From assembly GCA_016840165.1 (NCBI GenBank), contig JAEOSU010000023.1, positions 1 to 35,979 on the forward strand: DNA of 35,979 bases, read 5' to 3'. The position numbers and the translations under genes were made by a program. Positions 1 through 9,741 of this stretch are shown here, one piece after another; position 1 is the stretch's first letter, and each line of letters opens with the position of its first letter. The notes below the pieces were generated by a model. It ran no database searches. It was given only the letters and a program-made list of their open reading frames with translations, and was not told the DNA's origin. This DNA is from Promethearchaeota archaeon. GTDB lineage: Archaea > Asgardarchaeota > Lokiarchaeia > Sigyniarchaeales > SOKP01.

Positions 1-2114
1 AGGAAGAACCTGAATCAAAAGATCTACTCATTCATTATGAAAATTTAAAAACGGGAGAATTTGACAATTTTCATGCAAATTTAGTTGTATTAGCTACTCC
101 TTTAGTTCCCTCTGAAGGATCTATGCAATTAGCCAAGATTTTAGGGATACAACGGGATGAATATAATTTTTTCCAAGAACAAAATTATTATAATAAATCG
201 AAATCAACTAAAGATGGGATATATTTATGTGGATTTTGTCAAGGCCCAATGGATATACCAGAAACTGTAGCAGATGCTAGTGGTGTTGCGGGTCAAGTTG
301 CTGCTCTTTTAAATTCTGTTAAATTTGATCAAATTAAAGAAAAAGAAATCGAAGTACCAGAATTGGAAATTAAACCTACTGATGAACCTAGAATTGGAGT
401 CCTTATTTGCCATTGTGGAATTAATATTGGAAAGTATGTTCATGTACCATTATTGGCAGAATATGTGAGAGCTTTACCAAATGTTGTACATTGTGAAGAT
501 AATTTATATTCATGCAGCTCAGATTCTCAAGCAAGAATTAAAGAACTGATTGCCAACCATAAATTAAATAGATTCATTGTTGCCTCATGTACTCCTCGTA
601 CCCATGAATCCTTGTTTCAAGAAACCTGCCAAGAAGCAGGACTAAATAAGTATCTATTCGAGATGGTAAACATTAGAGATCAATGTTCTTGGGTGCATAT
701 GGATGATGCAGAAGCTGCCACTCAAAAAGCTAAAGATTTAATACGAATGGCGGTTGCAAAATCACGATTGCTCAGTCCATTAAAAGAAGAATTATTAAAG
801 ATCACTCCCACAGCATTAATTATTGGGGGTGGTATTGCTGGAATGACCGCAGCTCTAAATCTTGCTAATCAAAACTTTAAGACATTTATTATTGAAAAAG
901 AAGGATTTTTAGGGGGCAATCTTAATTATTTAAATGTTCTCTACCCAATTGAAGAAAATGCTTCAGACTTCCTTGATCGCACTATTAAAGAAGTTAATTC
1001 TAATGAGAACATTCAAATCTATCTGAAAGCAAAAATTCAAGAGATAAAAGGATATGTTGGTAATTATATCGTTTCAGTTATTGATTCTAAGAATAAGTCT
1101 CAAGAATTGAGCATCGGAACTATAATAGTAGCAACCGGAGGTCAGGAATATAAACCTAAGGATTTATTTCAGTATAAAAAAGAAAATGAAAATGTAATGA
1201 CCCAACTGGAATTAGAACAGAAACTTAAGGAAAAAGGAAAGTCTTGGCTTGATGGTATAAAGAGAATTACAACAATTTTATGTGTTAATGCGAGACAACT
1301 TGAAGGAATAACTTATTGTTCAAATATATGTTGTGGAAATTCTATTAAAAATGTTGGACTCCTGAAAAAGCTAAAACCAGAATTAGAAATTATCGTGCTC
1401 TATCGAGATCTTCAAATGGCTAAAAAGAGATATGAAGATTATTATCGAGATCGTAGAAAGGATGCTATATTCCTAAGATATGATTTAGATAACTTACCAA
1501 TTATTAGCAAAAAGAAAAAATCCCCAGAAGAATATAATATCAAAGTTTTTGATACAAATCTTCAAGATTTTATTGAATTTAACACTGATTTAATTGTATT
1601 ATCAACACCCATTGTACCAGCAGATAATCTAGAAGAACTCGCCAAAATGCTTAAAGTTCCTTTAGATAAAAACGGATTTTTCTTAGAAGCTCACGTAAAA
1701 TTAAGACCATTAGATTTCGCAACGGATGGAATATTCTTATGTGGATGTGCCCAGTGGCCAAAAAATATACAAGACACCATTTCTCAAGCTAATGGAGCGG
1801 CGGCAAGAGCGAGTAGATTTTTAAGTGCAAAAGAGATTACTACTTCGGGAATTGTTGCAGAAGTAGATCCAATTAATTGTATAGGATGTGGAAAGTGTCA
1901 ATCTGTTTGTCCTTATAATGCTATAGATATTTTAGAATCGACTAAAGATTTTGAAGATATTTCTCTAGTCGTTAAAAAATCGTTTATTAATTCAGCACTT
2001 TGTAAAGGCTGTGGCACTTGCGCTGCCACATGTCCGAATGGAGCTATATCCATAAAACAATACGATTTCGATCAAATAACCGCAATGATTGACTCATATT
2101 TATTAGAAACATAA
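1..2114 (+). CDS. hdrA: Heterodisulfide reductase subunit A-like polyferredoxin flavoprotein (double-HdrA/HdrL type), 5'-partial
   Basis: The frame is open from base 3 (EEPESKDLLIHYENLKTGE...PLVPSEGSM), so the gene starts before the window. Motifs: CGFCQGPMDIP, RIGVLICHCG, CSSDSQ, VASCTPRTHE, NIRDQCSWVH, GGGIAG FAD motif, YCSNICC, EAHVKLRP and two C-terminal CxxCxxCxxxCP. Confidence 0.93.
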   Translation, partial: EEPESKDLLIHYENLKTGEFDNFHANLVVLATPLVPSEGSMQLAKILGIQRDEYNFFQEQNYYNKSKSTKDGIYLCGFCQGPMDIPETVADASGVAGQVAALLNSVKFDQIKEKEIEVPELEIKPTDEPRIGVLICHCGINIGKYVHVPLLAEYVRALPNVVHCEDNLYSCSSDSQARIKELIANHKLNRFIVASCTPRTHESLFQETCQEAGLNKYLFEMVNIRDQCSWVHMDDAEAATQKAKDLIRMAVAKSRLLSPLKEELLKITPTALIIGGGIAGMTAALNLANQNFKTFIIEKEGFLGGNLNYLNVLYPIEENASDFLDRTIKEVNSNENIQIYLKAKIQEIKGYVGNYIVSVIDSKNKSQELSIGTIIVATGGQEYKPKDLFQYKKENENVMTQLELEQKLKEKGKSWLDGIKRITTILCVNARQLEGITYCSNICCGNSIKNVGLLKKLKPELEIIVLYRDLQMAKKRYEDYYRDRRKDAIFLRYDLDNLPIISKKKKSPEEYNIKVFDTNLQDFIEFNTDLIVLSTPIVPADNLEELAKMLKVPLDKNGFFLEAHVKLRPLDFATDGIFLCGCAQWPKNIQDTISQANGAAARASRFLSAKEITTSGIVAEVDPINCIGCGKCQSVCPYNAIDILESTKDFEDISLVVKKSFINSALCKGCGTCAATCPNGAISIKQYDFDQITAMIDSYLLET

Positions 2115-2131
2115 AATTTTAGTGAAAAAAA

Positions 2132-2569
2132 ATGCCAAAAACGAAAACCAAAATTAAACAACCAGATTTCAATCCTGAAATCTTAGTATTCTGTTGTAAC
2201 TGGTGCTCATATGCAGGAGCAGATTTGGCAGGTGTTTCTAGGTTTCAATATCCTCCTAATATGCGGATCGTAAGAGTAATGTGCTCTGGTAGAGTCGATC
2301 CTGCCTTTATAATAAAAGCATTGAAGGATGGCGCTGATGGTGTCTTAATTACAGGATGTCATATAGGAGATTGTCATTATATCTCTGGAAATGAATACGC
2401 AAGAGAAAGGTTCGGTCGGTTGCATGAGATTATTATAAAACAATTAGGGATAAATGAAAAAAGAGTTCGATTGGAATGGGTCAGTGCTTCCGAAGGCAAA
2501 AGATTTGCTGAATTAATCACAGAATTTACAAACGAGATTAAAGAGTTAGGACCTCTTAAAGTCTTATAA
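2132..2569 (+). CDS. mvhD: Methyl-viologen-reducing hydrogenase delta subunit ([2Fe-2S] MvhD/FlpD), Cys form
   Basis: FCCNWCSYAGAD, RVMCSGRVDP, GCHIGDCHY and WVSASEG motifs. Lies 17 nt after hdrA. Confidence 0.95.
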   Translation: MPKTKTKIKQPDFNPEILVFCCNWCSYAGADLAGVSRFQYPPNMRIVRVMCSGRVDPAFIIKALKDGADGVLITGCHIGDCHYISGNEYARERFGRLHEIIIKQLGINEKRVRLEWVSASEGKRFAELITEFTNEIKELGPLKVL

Positions 2570-2739
2570 TTTATTGATCTTTACTTAGTTACAAATAATT
2601 TTTCTGATTTTTTTGATAAAAAAATCTTTTTTGAGGATAAAATTTAAATAATAATATATCTATTTTGTACACAATTATAAATCTTTTTGATAACGAAAAG
2701 TAAATCCTGAATATTAGTTATAAAAAACTTAAAAAAAGG

Positions 2740-3720
2740 GTGAGATTAATTTCTATAAATGAAAGGACTCATTCAAAAAAAGTCAACGATAAAAAGAAAG
2801 AAAATAGAATTTTGAATGAAAATCTACAGTTCATTTATAATGATAAGCAAATTCAACAACTTGGATTAAGTAAAGAATTGCTTAGAGACAAACAAATAGA
2901 ATATGAAAAAGAAACAGGTAAATCTGCTGTATGGGAAGGAAGGACTACAAGAACCTTTTACAGATATTTAACTGGTCAAAAAATATATGAACGCTCAAAA
3001 GACAGAATTTCTTTGTATATTTCTCCTCAAAAGAAGAGAAAATGGCATAAATTTATAGAAAACAATGAAAGTATTGCATCCTTTTCAAAATTAATTAGAG
3101 TTGGTGTTGATTATTATATAAAGCACCATTTAAATTCATTATTTGTCGAATCTAATATGGATAATAAAGACTTTTCCAATGTTCTGCTTGAGGTGAAAGA
3201 ATCTCTTACTGCGATAAAAGGATTTTCACAAATATTACTATTACAAGAATATAAAGAAGAGCTAAGTAATAAAGTAGCAAATGCTATTGAAAATATATAT
3301 GAACAATGTCAACTAATTGAATCGAAAATTTCAAATAGTAAAGGAGGAAAAAAAATCGATGTTTTATTGATTGAAGATTCTCCACAAACAGTCCTCCTTT
3401 TCGAAGAAATTTTTAAAAAAAAAGGTTATTCATACAAAACTGCTACAACAGGTCAAGGAGGATTAAATGAATTGAAAGCATCAATACCAAAAGTAGTATT
3501 ATTAGATGTAATGTTGCCCGATATTGATGGTTATGAAGTATGTAAGCAGATTAAAAAAAACAATAATTTAAAGCACATACCTGTTTTCTATGAAACAGTT
3601 ATACCTGAAGAGACAGTAAAAAGTAAAATTGAGGAAACGAGTGTAGATGGATACATCTTAAAACCTTTTGATATATCAGCTGTTATTGAACTATTAGACT
3701 CTATAATCTTATCTAATTAA
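2740..3720 (+). CDS. Response regulator: N-terminal putative DNA-binding region, degenerate HisKA-like helix and C-terminal receiver domain
   Basis: REC motifs LLIEDS, LLDVMLPDIDG and ILKPFD. The segment EVKESLTAIKGFSQILL resembles a HisKA H-box without the His. GTG start is uncertain. Confidence 0.8.
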   Translation: MRLISINERTHSKKVNDKKKENRILNENLQFIYNDKQIQQLGLSKELLRDKQIEYEKETGKSAVWEGRTTRTFYRYLTGQKIYERSKDRISLYISPQKKRKWHKFIENNESIASFSKLIRVGVDYYIKHHLNSLFVESNMDNKDFSNVLLEVKESLTAIKGFSQILLLQEYKEELSNKVANAIENIYEQCQLIESKISNSKGGKKIDVLLIEDSPQTVLLFEEIFKKKGYSYKTATTGQGGLNELKASIPKVVLLDVMLPDIDGYEVCKQIKKNNNLKHIPVFYETVIPEETVKSKIEETSVDGYILKPFDISAVIELLDSIILSN

Positions 3721-3806
3721 AGAATAATTTCCTTTAAAAGCGAAAAATTCAATATATAGATTTATCCTACTATTTCTCAAAAATTTTTACAAATTTGATC
3801 GCCAAT

Positions 3807-3907
3807 TATGATCATATCTTCGGTTATCGGACAAGAAACACTAGAATATTTCCGATTTCCATCACTAAAAATCAGAGGATTACTGTTTTTGATCAAAACA
3901 TTTAAAT
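3807..3907 (+). promoter_or_regulatory. Putative promoter/operators of the second hdrA
   Basis: Palindromes TATGATCATA (3807-3816) and TTTTGATCAAAA (3887-3898). The second abuts TATA-like TTTAAAT (3901-3907). Confidence 0.4.
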
Positions 3908-3957
3908 GCGTGATTAACTGATTTTGATAATAAAACTTTTAGTGGGTTTTGAAATTA

Positions 3958-6720
3958 ATGGAAGGTAGTGTTTTAGTTATTGGAGGTGGAATTGCGGGTA
4001 TTCAGACGTCATTAGATTTAACTGAATTAGGATATAAAGTATACTTAATTGAAGAAAAGCCTTCAATAGGCGGTCATATGGCTCAATTTGATAAATTATT
4101 TCCAAATAATGATTGTTCTCTATGCGTACTTGCTCCCAAAATGGTTTCGGTTTATAGAAATCCCAATATTGAATTATTAACTTTATCTAAGGTAATAAGA
4201 GCCTCCGGTACTGCTGGAGATTTTAATGTTACGATTTTAAAACATCCTAGATATGTGGATGAATCTAAATGTAGAGGTTGCGGAGATTGTGCTGCGCGCT
4301 GTCCAAAAATAGAAGTTCCAAATCTATTTGATATGAATCTTGGGAAGAGAAAATCTATTTATATTCCCTTTCCACAGGCAACACCTCCAGTTTACGTTAT
4401 TGACCCAGAATTATGTTTATTCTTAAATAGAAATGTATGTGGAGTTTGTCAAAAAGTATGTAAAGCTGAGGCTATAGATTTTGAACAACAATCGGAAGAA
4501 ATAAACATTAAAGTTGGAGCAATAGTAGTTGCGACTGGCTTTGATATGCTTGGAAAAGAATTAGGATCAAAATGGAGTTATAACTCTAAGAATGTAATTA
4601 ATGCTTTAGAATATGAACGTATGTTATCTCCTACCGGACCATTTGGTACACATATATTGCGACCAAGTGATGAGAAAGAACCAAAACATCTAGCTTTTAT
4701 TCAATGTGTCGGTTTAGGATATTCAGAGGACAATATCCCTTACTGTTCCCGAGTATGTTGTATGTATACCGCAAAAAATGCAAAATTAACGAAAGATTAT
4801 GCTGAAAATATTGAGATTACAGTTTTTAGACATAATATTCGTGTTTTTGGTCGAGATTTTTATGAATATACAAAAACTGCCGAAGATGAGTATGGGATAA
4901 ATTATATTAATAGTAAGATCCTCAGTATTGAGGAAGATCCTGAAACCAATGATTTGATAATAAATTATAAAGATATGACATCTAGAAAAGAAAAAAGTTA
5001 TAAAGCAAATCTTTTGGTTCTTGCAGCACCTTTAGTTCCTTCGGAGGGAACAAAAGAATTAGGAAAAATCTTAGGAATCGAATTAGATCAATACAACTTT
5101 TTTAAGTCCCACTCATACTTTAATAAATCTTTATCTACTAAAGAAGGGATATATTTAAGCGGTTTCATTCAGAGCCCAATGAACATATCTGAGACGGTTA
5201 CTAATGCTAGTGGAGTAGCGAGTGAGATAGCGACTTTATTGAAATCAGTAAGATTCTCACAGATAAAACAAAGAGTAATTGATATACTGCCAGAAAAGCA
5301 GATAATTAAAATCACTCCAAGAGCATTAATAATTGGTGGGGGCGTCTCTGGAATGACTGCTGCTCTAAATTTGGGTAATCAAGGATTTGAGACAATAATT
5401 TTAGAAAAACAGAATCAATTGGGAGGAAACCTCAATTATATTAATTTACTATATCCTACCAAGCAAAGCGGTTCTGATTTCCTTTTTAACATTGAGGAGG
5501 AAGTACGGAACCATCCTAACATTAAAGTCTTCCTTAATTCAGATATAGAGAGTATTACGGGGTCAATAGGCAATTATAATATTTCATTTTTGGATATAAA
5601 TAGTAAAGTTCGAAATTTTGTAGTTGGTATTATAATTATTGCTACAGGAGGTCAAGAATTTAAACCAGTTGATCTATTTCAATATAATCAAGTCAATAAA
5701 AACGTTTTGACGCTATTAGAACTAGAGAATAAATTAAAAAACAAGAAATATTCTTGGATAAAAAAAATTAAACATATAACATTTATCCTATGCGTTAAAG
5801 CACGACAAAAAGAAGGTTTCTCATATTGTTCCAATGTATGCTGTAGTAATTCAATAAAAAATATGAGAATATTAAAAGAGATTAATCCAAATATTAATAT
5901 CCACGTTTTATTCAGAGATCTTCATATGGCTAAGAAAGAATTTGAAGAAATTTTTAGTGAAAGGAAATATGTAGCTGATTATGTTAAATACGATTTAAAA
6001 AATATTCCTGAGATTATCAAAATCAGGGAAAACCCCGAAAAATATTTAATTAAAATCTTAGATGAGAGAAACCCAAATAAATTTATTGAATTTAAATCCG
6101 ATTTAGTGATATTAGCCACACCATTGATTCCGCCTGATGATTTACACCATTTATCGGAGATGCTTGATCTACCGCTCGATGAGAATGGATTCTTTATTGA
6201 AGCACATAGAAAATTGCGTCCCTTAGACTTTAAGGGACAAGGAGTATTTGTCTGTGGATCTGCCCAGTGGCCTAAAAACATTCAAGACTGCATCTCAGAA
6301 GCAAATGGAGCAGCAGGAAGAGCAAGTAGATTCTTGAGTTTAGAAAAAATATCAACAACAAAAGTAGAATTACTCTCATTTTTACTCTCTATTGAATGTT
6401 TCTTCAAGGATATGGAGGTAAATATTGATAAATGTAATGGATGTGGAAGGTGTGTGGAAGTATGCGAATTTAAAGCTATCTCCCTTGTTGATGCAAAACA
6501 AGAATATGAGGATGTGAGCGTACCCGCTAAAAAGGCTTACATTAACCCTGCTATATGTAAAGGATGTGGCAGATGTTCAGCTACATGTCGGTTAAAAGCA
6601 ATAAATCCAAGACATTATGACTTTAATCAAATATCCGCTATTATTGATCCATATTTTCTGAGTGGAATTAAAGCTGAACAAGAATTACAGAAAGATGGAC
6701 AAATGCCTGTTTTACATTAA
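3958..6720 (+). CDS. hdrA: Second double-HdrA-like flavoprotein (paralog lacking the internal Cys-rich linker domain)
   Basis: VLVIGGGIAG, GGHMAQFDKLFPNNDCSLC, inserted ferredoxins, YCSRVCCMY, a second GGGVSG module and C-terminal ferredoxins. ATG 3958 is preferred over TTG 3949. Confidence 0.9.
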   Translation: MEGSVLVIGGGIAGIQTSLDLTELGYKVYLIEEKPSIGGHMAQFDKLFPNNDCSLCVLAPKMVSVYRNPNIELLTLSKVIRASGTAGDFNVTILKHPRYVDESKCRGCGDCAARCPKIEVPNLFDMNLGKRKSIYIPFPQATPPVYVIDPELCLFLNRNVCGVCQKVCKAEAIDFEQQSEEINIKVGAIVVATGFDMLGKELGSKWSYNSKNVINALEYERMLSPTGPFGTHILRPSDEKEPKHLAFIQCVGLGYSEDNIPYCSRVCCMYTAKNAKLTKDYAENIEITVFRHNIRVFGRDFYEYTKTAEDEYGINYINSKILSIEEDPETNDLIINYKDMTSRKEKSYKANLLVLAAPLVPSEGTKELGKILGIELDQYNFFKSHSYFNKSLSTKEGIYLSGFIQSPMNISETVTNASGVASEIATLLKSVRFSQIKQRVIDILPEKQIIKITPRALIIGGGVSGMTAALNLGNQGFETIILEKQNQLGGNLNYINLLYPTKQSGSDFLFNIEEEVRNHPNIKVFLNSDIESITGSIGNYNISFLDINSKVRNFVVGIIIIATGGQEFKPVDLFQYNQVNKNVLTLLELENKLKNKKYSWIKKIKHITFILCVKARQKEGFSYCSNVCCSNSIKNMRILKEINPNINIHVLFRDLHMAKKEFEEIFSERKYVADYVKYDLKNIPEIIKIRENPEKYLIKILDERNPNKFIEFKSDLVILATPLIPPDDLHHLSEMLDLPLDENGFFIEAHRKLRPLDFKGQGVFVCGSAQWPKNIQDCISEANGAAGRASRFLSLEKISTTKVELLSFLLSIECFFKDMEVNIDKCNGCGRCVEVCEFKAISLVDAKQEYEDVSVPAKKAYINPAICKGCGRCSATCRLKAINPRHYDFNQISAIIDPYFLSGIKAEQELQKDGQMPVLH

Positions 6721-6762
6721 ATACAGTATTAAAACCTAATTAGTAAAATTCTTTTCTTGATT

Positions 6763-7962
6763 TTATTTATAATTAGACATTTTATATAATAATCCTAACA
6801 CGATAATAAGAAATAAAGAAATTATCAATACTGTGTAATAGACTGCTTGAATGCCTCCAAAATGAAAAAAATAATCATAAGTTATTGGTATAAGTGCAGT
6901 TCCAATAAATTGGCCAAATGTAGCGAGTCCTGCCAAGGTCCCTCGACTTTTTATTGATAAGATTTGACTATAATACATGACTGTGGATATTAAAGTTCCG
7001 CCTGAGATTCCTAATAACATATAGGCAATTGAGACAAATATTAAGACTTCCATCCTGGTAATATCCCCTAAAGATAATAAAAGAATTAGTGCAATGAATA
7101 AACTAAGAATACTTGTAAGAATAGCACTCAATATCCCATATTTCTTTATTAAAAAACCGAAAATTGCGCTAGAAATTGCCCCAAATATTCCCGCAAATCC
7201 AATAATGAAACCTGAAAGATTTTCAGGAACAACACCTGTGAATGCTCTTGAAGTCCAAGTTATAACTGCGAGATAGGTCTGAGTTGCTAAAAAAACAGAG
7301 AGAATCATTAAAATAACAATAGATCTATGTAATTCGCGAGATAACTGTTGAAAAAAGGAGGAAATACTTTTAAATTCACTTTTATCGATTATAGGTTGTC
7401 TTAAAAAATATAAAAATCCAAATGCTATTACAGTAATGATTATGAAAATTATATACAAATATCTCCAACTAATTGTGACAATTTGACCAGCGATGATTGG
7501 TCCCAATCCGACCCCGAGATTAGCTATAGCTACTAGTAATCCTAATTTTTTTGAAACACTTGGTTCAGGAGTCATATCAGTGAGTAATGCAATCAATACG
7601 GGGTTTACAAAACCAAACCCAATACCTCCTAAAATATTCGCAATCGCATAGGAAACCAATGAAAAGGAAAATATGGCAATTACAGTCCCACAACCAAATA
7701 TTATAAGTCCAAATAGGATGACGGGGAACCTTCCTTTGACATCACTTATTGCCCCTGAGAATAATTGGACAAAAGCGAATGGAAACATAAATGCAGGAAT
7801 CGCAATTAAAATTTCAGTCGGTGAAACACTAAAATCTGCAGATAGAACTCCAAACAGCACCAATATAACATTTCCGGTAAGCGGGCCTAGCCAAAATAAT
7901 AAGTAAATAATAATCTCTATTAAAATCGAGTTTTTTATCTTCGGAGTGTTATTGATTTCCAT
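6763..7962 (-). CDS. MFS transporter (DHA1-like)
   Basis: About 12 hydrophobic segments, motif A GAISDVKGR, GPIIAG motif, WRYLY. Confidence 0.85.
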   Translation of the reverse strand: MEINNTPKIKNSILIEIIIYLLFWLGPLTGNVILVLFGVLSADFSVSPTEILIAIPAFMFPFAFVQLFSGAISDVKGRFPVILFGLIIFGCGTVIAIFSFSLVSYAIANILGGIGFGFVNPVLIALLTDMTPEPSVSKKLGLLVAIANLGVGLGPIIAGQIVTISWRYLYIIFIIITVIAFGFLYFLRQPIIDKSEFKSISSFFQQLSRELHRSIVILMILSVFLATQTYLAVITWTSRAFTGVVPENLSGFIIGFAGIFGAISSAIFGFLIKKYGILSAILTSILSLFIALILLLSLGDITRMEVLIFVSIAYMLLGISGGTLISTVMYYSQILSIKSRGTLAGLATFGQFIGTALIPITYDYFFHFGGIQAVYYTVLIISLFLIIVLGLLYKMSNYK

Positions 7963-8017
7963 TTAATAAAAAAAAGGTAATTAAAAATAAGAATTTATAG
8001 GATTGAGATTAATAAAA

Positions 8018-9430
8018 TCAATAAATTATCTTCTTTGTTTTTCTCGTCTTAATATAAAAGTAGTACACATTTATAATTACGAAAACAACTATTAGAGCCC
8101 ATTGAAAAGGAGCCCAGTCTGCGATAATAGAAAGACCTAATAAGGTTAACAATAAGTTAGTTGTAATGTCCTTAATAAATTCACCCTTTTCCATGGAACT
8201 TTCCACTTTTTCTTGGATTATTCGGTCCGTATCAATTTCTTGCAAATATTCACTAATTAAATTCTTAATCTCATCATCTTTTTCAATATAGTTTATAGCT
8301 TTATTTGGATTTATAATCCAGTCTTTCAAGATCGCATTAGAGATGAAAGCTTTAGTTTGAAAATCACAGGCTTTCTCAAAAAATTTATAGAAATCCTTAA
8401 TATCGAAATCTTTATCATCTTCTTCTTTAGATATAGCAGAATATTTCCCATAAATTACTTTTTTATCAAATTCTTCGGGAAAGTCGTAAATACCTCTCAA
8501 GGCATTAGTAAATTTCGAGGAATAAAATGCATCTCGCTCCTTCGCTCTAAATATAGTCAAGAAGGGTGCAAACAATTTATTGTCTTGGTTAATGATGGTC
8601 AATGCTTCAGAGTATCTTAGATTAAGTTTTAATAATTCTTTTATTATAGTCCTTCCAATTTGGATGAGTTTATAGAGGGTTTTTGTTCTGTTTACATCAC
8701 TGGTAGTACATTTTAAGATTAATTTATCGTTATCAAAATAACCCGTTAATTTATCCTTATATATTGTAAAACCAAATGTACTCTCGTATTTTTTATCTAC
8801 TTTCAGGTAAAATTGTGATAGAGATGCTTCGGGATAGCAGCTGGATAGAAGATGATGGGTATTAACATCTCTTCCAGGGACTTTGAAAATTAAATAAATT
8901 TCATTATTTCCTTTGGGAATGGTATAGGACTTCCAATCGAATTCAATATCTTGTTCCTTCACTTTTAGCAGCTTTTGGTTAACATCTCTATAATATACAT
9001 GTGATCCATTGTTTACTGCAAAAAATATATTATGAGAAAATCGTAACTTTTTTAACACATTTCCAATATATGGGATCTCGGGTGTCAGCTTATTTTCAAT
9101 GAGATTTATCCTAAAATGATAATTTTGAATCCCATCCTTAATTAGTAGGTGAGTCAGCGAGAATTTCGAATCAACTTTTCCCTTCTTTAATGTTTTAATA
9201 ATTCGTCTCTCTAAATCTTCTTTAAAATTTTTTGCGAACTCTTCTTTTTGAGCTTTTTCTCTATTTTTTTTCTCTTTTAATGCTTTACTTTTCTTTATGC
9301 GCTCTTGAATTTCCGCTTCTGAAAGTTTTTCAGTTTCTTCTTCTCCCTCTTGTTCTTCTTGGGTAACTATTTCCTCTTCTACACTCTCATCATCAATTAA
9401 ATACTTTTCTTTAGGTGTCCTTTCGCTCAT
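8018..9430 (-). CDS. Hypothetical protein: acidic/coiled-coil N-terminus and two C-terminal TM helices
   Basis: 470-aa ORF with an EEE-rich start and a hydrophobic hairpin plus basic tail at the C-terminus. No recognisable family. Confidence 0.7.
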   Translation of the reverse strand: MSERTPKEKYLIDDESVEEEIVTQEEQEGEEETEKLSEAEIQERIKKSKALKEKKNREKAQKEEFAKNFKEDLERRIIKTLKKGKVDSKFSLTHLLIKDGIQNYHFRINLIENKLTPEIPYIGNVLKKLRFSHNIFFAVNNGSHVYYRDVNQKLLKVKEQDIEFDWKSYTIPKGNNEIYLIFKVPGRDVNTHHLLSSCYPEASLSQFYLKVDKKYESTFGFTIYKDKLTGYFDNDKLILKCTTSDVNRTKTLYKLIQIGRTIIKELLKLNLRYSEALTIINQDNKLFAPFLTIFRAKERDAFYSSKFTNALRGIYDFPEEFDKKVIYGKYSAISKEEDDKDFDIKDFYKFFEKACDFQTKAFISNAILKDWIINPNKAINYIEKDDEIKNLISEYLQEIDTDRIIQEKVESSMEKGEFIKDITTNLLLTLLGLSIIADWAPFQWALIVVFVIINVYYFYIKTRKTKKIIY

Positions 9431-9603
9431 TAATAATAACCAGAATCTAATTTTTTAAGGTAATAAAATAAGTAGATCGAATTTTTTAAAATAATAGTCT
9501 TGAATATTTTAAATTTATCTAAGTATACTATTTCTCCTTGACAAATCTGTACATTATATTATCCCAATAGGCTTTTGCATATTATCTTGAGATATATCTT
9601 TAA

Positions 9604-9704
9604 TCGTGAAAGGATGGTTTCACGAACTTTTATTTTAGTTTAACCTTAGAAAAGCTTGAAAGAAATGACAAGTAACTATTAAATAGTTTAATAGTTTTAT
9701 AAAA
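9604..9704. promoter_or_regulatory. Inverted repeats and TATA box in a divergent intergenic region
   Basis: TCGTGAAA-N6-TTTCACGA (9604-9625), AACTATT-A-AATAGTT (9674-9688), then TTTATAAA (~9696-9703) before the GPH transporter gene. Confidence 0.45.
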
Positions 9705-9741
9705 TCAATTTACCATTTAATAATAAAAAAATGTGAAATTT

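Noticed and set aside
1-6720. Selenocysteine in HdrA/MvhD
   Set aside because: All visible Sec-equivalent positions are TGT/TGC and there is no in-frame TGA. No SECIS-like hairpin was seen after mvhD. The N-terminus of hdrA1 is outside the window and cannot be judged.
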